NCBI RefSeq assembly: GCF_041381155.1
Contig: NC_091142.1
Location: 29,883,528-29,947,527, forward strand
From: Argopecten irradians
Taxonomy: Eukaryota
Length of the DNA stretch: 64,000 nucleotides
Direction: 5' to 3'
In this document: positions 62,761 through 64,000 of the stretch, one piece after another
Position numbering within the stretch: the stretch's first letter is position 1
How the letters are laid out: each line of letters starts with the position of its first letter
The notes under the pieces: generated by a model
Database searches by the model: none
What the model saw: only the letters and a program-made list of their open reading frames with translations
Told to the model about the DNA's origin: nothing
Translations under genes and position numbers: made by a program

Positions 62761-62812
62761 ACCCCCACCCCTATCCTCACCCATATCCCCAACCCTATCC
62801 CCACACCAAAAC
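62761..62812 (-). repeat. C-rich block on + (G-rich on -), related in sequence to the G-rich block at 57370-57433
   Basis: acccccacccctatcctcacccatatccccaaccctatccccacacc. Its reverse complement, ggtgtggggatagggttggggatatgggtgaggataggggtggggg, resembles ggtgtggggtagggtggggtagggagg at 57409-57433. Confidence 0.55.
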
Positions 62813-64000
62813 TTCAATACCAAAGAGCTGATTATTTTCGTGGACCAAAGTTTTGCAAATTTGAATTAAAATAAAGAAAATCATGTGTTAACAATTTAAA
62901 TTTTATAGCATTTATAGCAGTGTGCAGGGAAAATAGCATCCCCACAAAAATAACCGGCTGTACAGTATGTATTTTTATGTTTGTGGAGTTGATTGTGAGA
63001 ACAGTAAAAAATGAAGCACAGAAGTATGAAAATGATATAGTCTAGAAATTAGCAGTTGTCAAAAATGCTGGTAACAAATATATATTTGTAGTTTTAAGTT
63101 ACTGTTCATAGGGACACATGTATATGAGATTGGGGTGCTGATATGCAAGTCTATATCTATATATACAAGTCAACTGTACCGCACATAGCAGCAGATCCCC
63201 CAAAATCCATACGGGTATTACAAGCCCATGTGAGTAGACTTTAACCATTTCTTATGGAAATTATAGTGCGTTTAATTTTGCTGTCTTTATTAAACAAGTG
63301 GATCAAATATTACACCATGTCACTTTAAAGAAACAGCGCTCAGAGAAATTATACAAAAGCTTAAATTTCTACAATGAAACAGGAAATAAATATTCATATC
63401 AAAGAAACACAATTTAACAAAGGATGACAATTTATTGAAAATTCCACGTGCCCTAGGAAATAAATATCCTTATATGACTTGTTCCTTCTTCCTGAAATCA
63501 TTTTGTAAACTGCATGTTTAAATAATAGTATGATTGAGTGAATATGAAGTATACCTTTGTATACTTTACAAACAAATACATGTAAAATGGCACATAGATC
63601 ATTTTGTGATTTCACGTTGTTGTAAAACCAAAACGTCACATCAAATGTTAAATGATATATTTTGAAATTAGCATTCCAATATTTAAATGATTTCTATGTT
63701 GATAGATGTAAATTTATCTAAATCCTTCACTTATTACAATGTTCTACACCTACATATATTATTTATTCAAATCTAAACATGTCTTGTACAAACAATACAA
63801 ATAAATTTATAACACTTACTGTATACCTTCCATGCAATAGGCATGTGCCATAGCAAACTTCACACATCTAACTTGTAAACATTATACACATGGTTGAAAA
63901 GCCTTTCTTTTTATCATAATGAAATGAACATTAATATTGTGAAATTATGTATAGGTCTTGTATATCGAGGATGTATTACTACATGTATATGTGTTATTGA

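Noticed and set aside
1-64000. The expected 'undescribed system' of the prokaryotic kind (defence island, toxin-antitoxin, BGC)
   Set aside because: The window is unambiguously eukaryotic: GT-AG introns, polypyrimidine tracts, SINE, LINE and MITE content, satellite DNA and metazoan genes (MVP, RNF34, HAUS1). Operon and defence-system logic does not apply. The novelty here is structural (the satellite palindrome) and in gene content.

Overview
This is eukaryotic (metazoan, probably an invertebrate) nuclear DNA. It is AT-rich, has spliced genes with GT-AG introns, and carries satellite DNA, MITEs, SINEs, and LINE and DIRS-like retroelement relics. It is not a prokaryotic locus, so no operon, defence-island or CRISPR logic applies. 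Four protein-coding genes can be reconstructed from the sequence by splice-site and homology reasoning. (1) The 3' exons of a HAUS1/CCDC5-like augmin subunit (+ strand, 96-2947). (2) A large two-exon gene on the - strand (12194-17943) whose 4.4-kb first exon encodes about 1456 codons of an acidic low-complexity protein with several AT-hooks and atypical C2H2 zinc fingers. (3) A complete major vault protein (MVP) gene (+ strand, 9 coding exons, 30174-36363, 860 aa). (4) A complete RNF34/RFFL (CARP)-like FYVE-type plus C-terminal RING E3 ligase gene (- strand, 5 coding exons, 58836-62469, 364 aa). The most striking non-genic structure lies 1.8 kb downstream of MVP. Two arrays of a ~73-bp satellite (38156-41410 and 46709-50822) sit in opposite orientation, and their outer junctions are exact mirror images. 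They enclose a 5.3-kb spacer that carries a degenerate DIRS-like retroelement relic with RNase H motifs. The satellite monomer itself has internal dyad symmetry. Other items are three MITE families (two with TTAAAG termini, one Tc1/mariner-like with TA duplications), two SINE-like elements that share a 3' tail, an internally deleted CR1/L2-like LINE relic, an intronic minisatellite in MVP, G-rich/C-rich quadruplex-type blocks flanking RNF34, and several hairpins. All coordinates come from manual reading. No database search was possible, so family names rest on remembered motifs.
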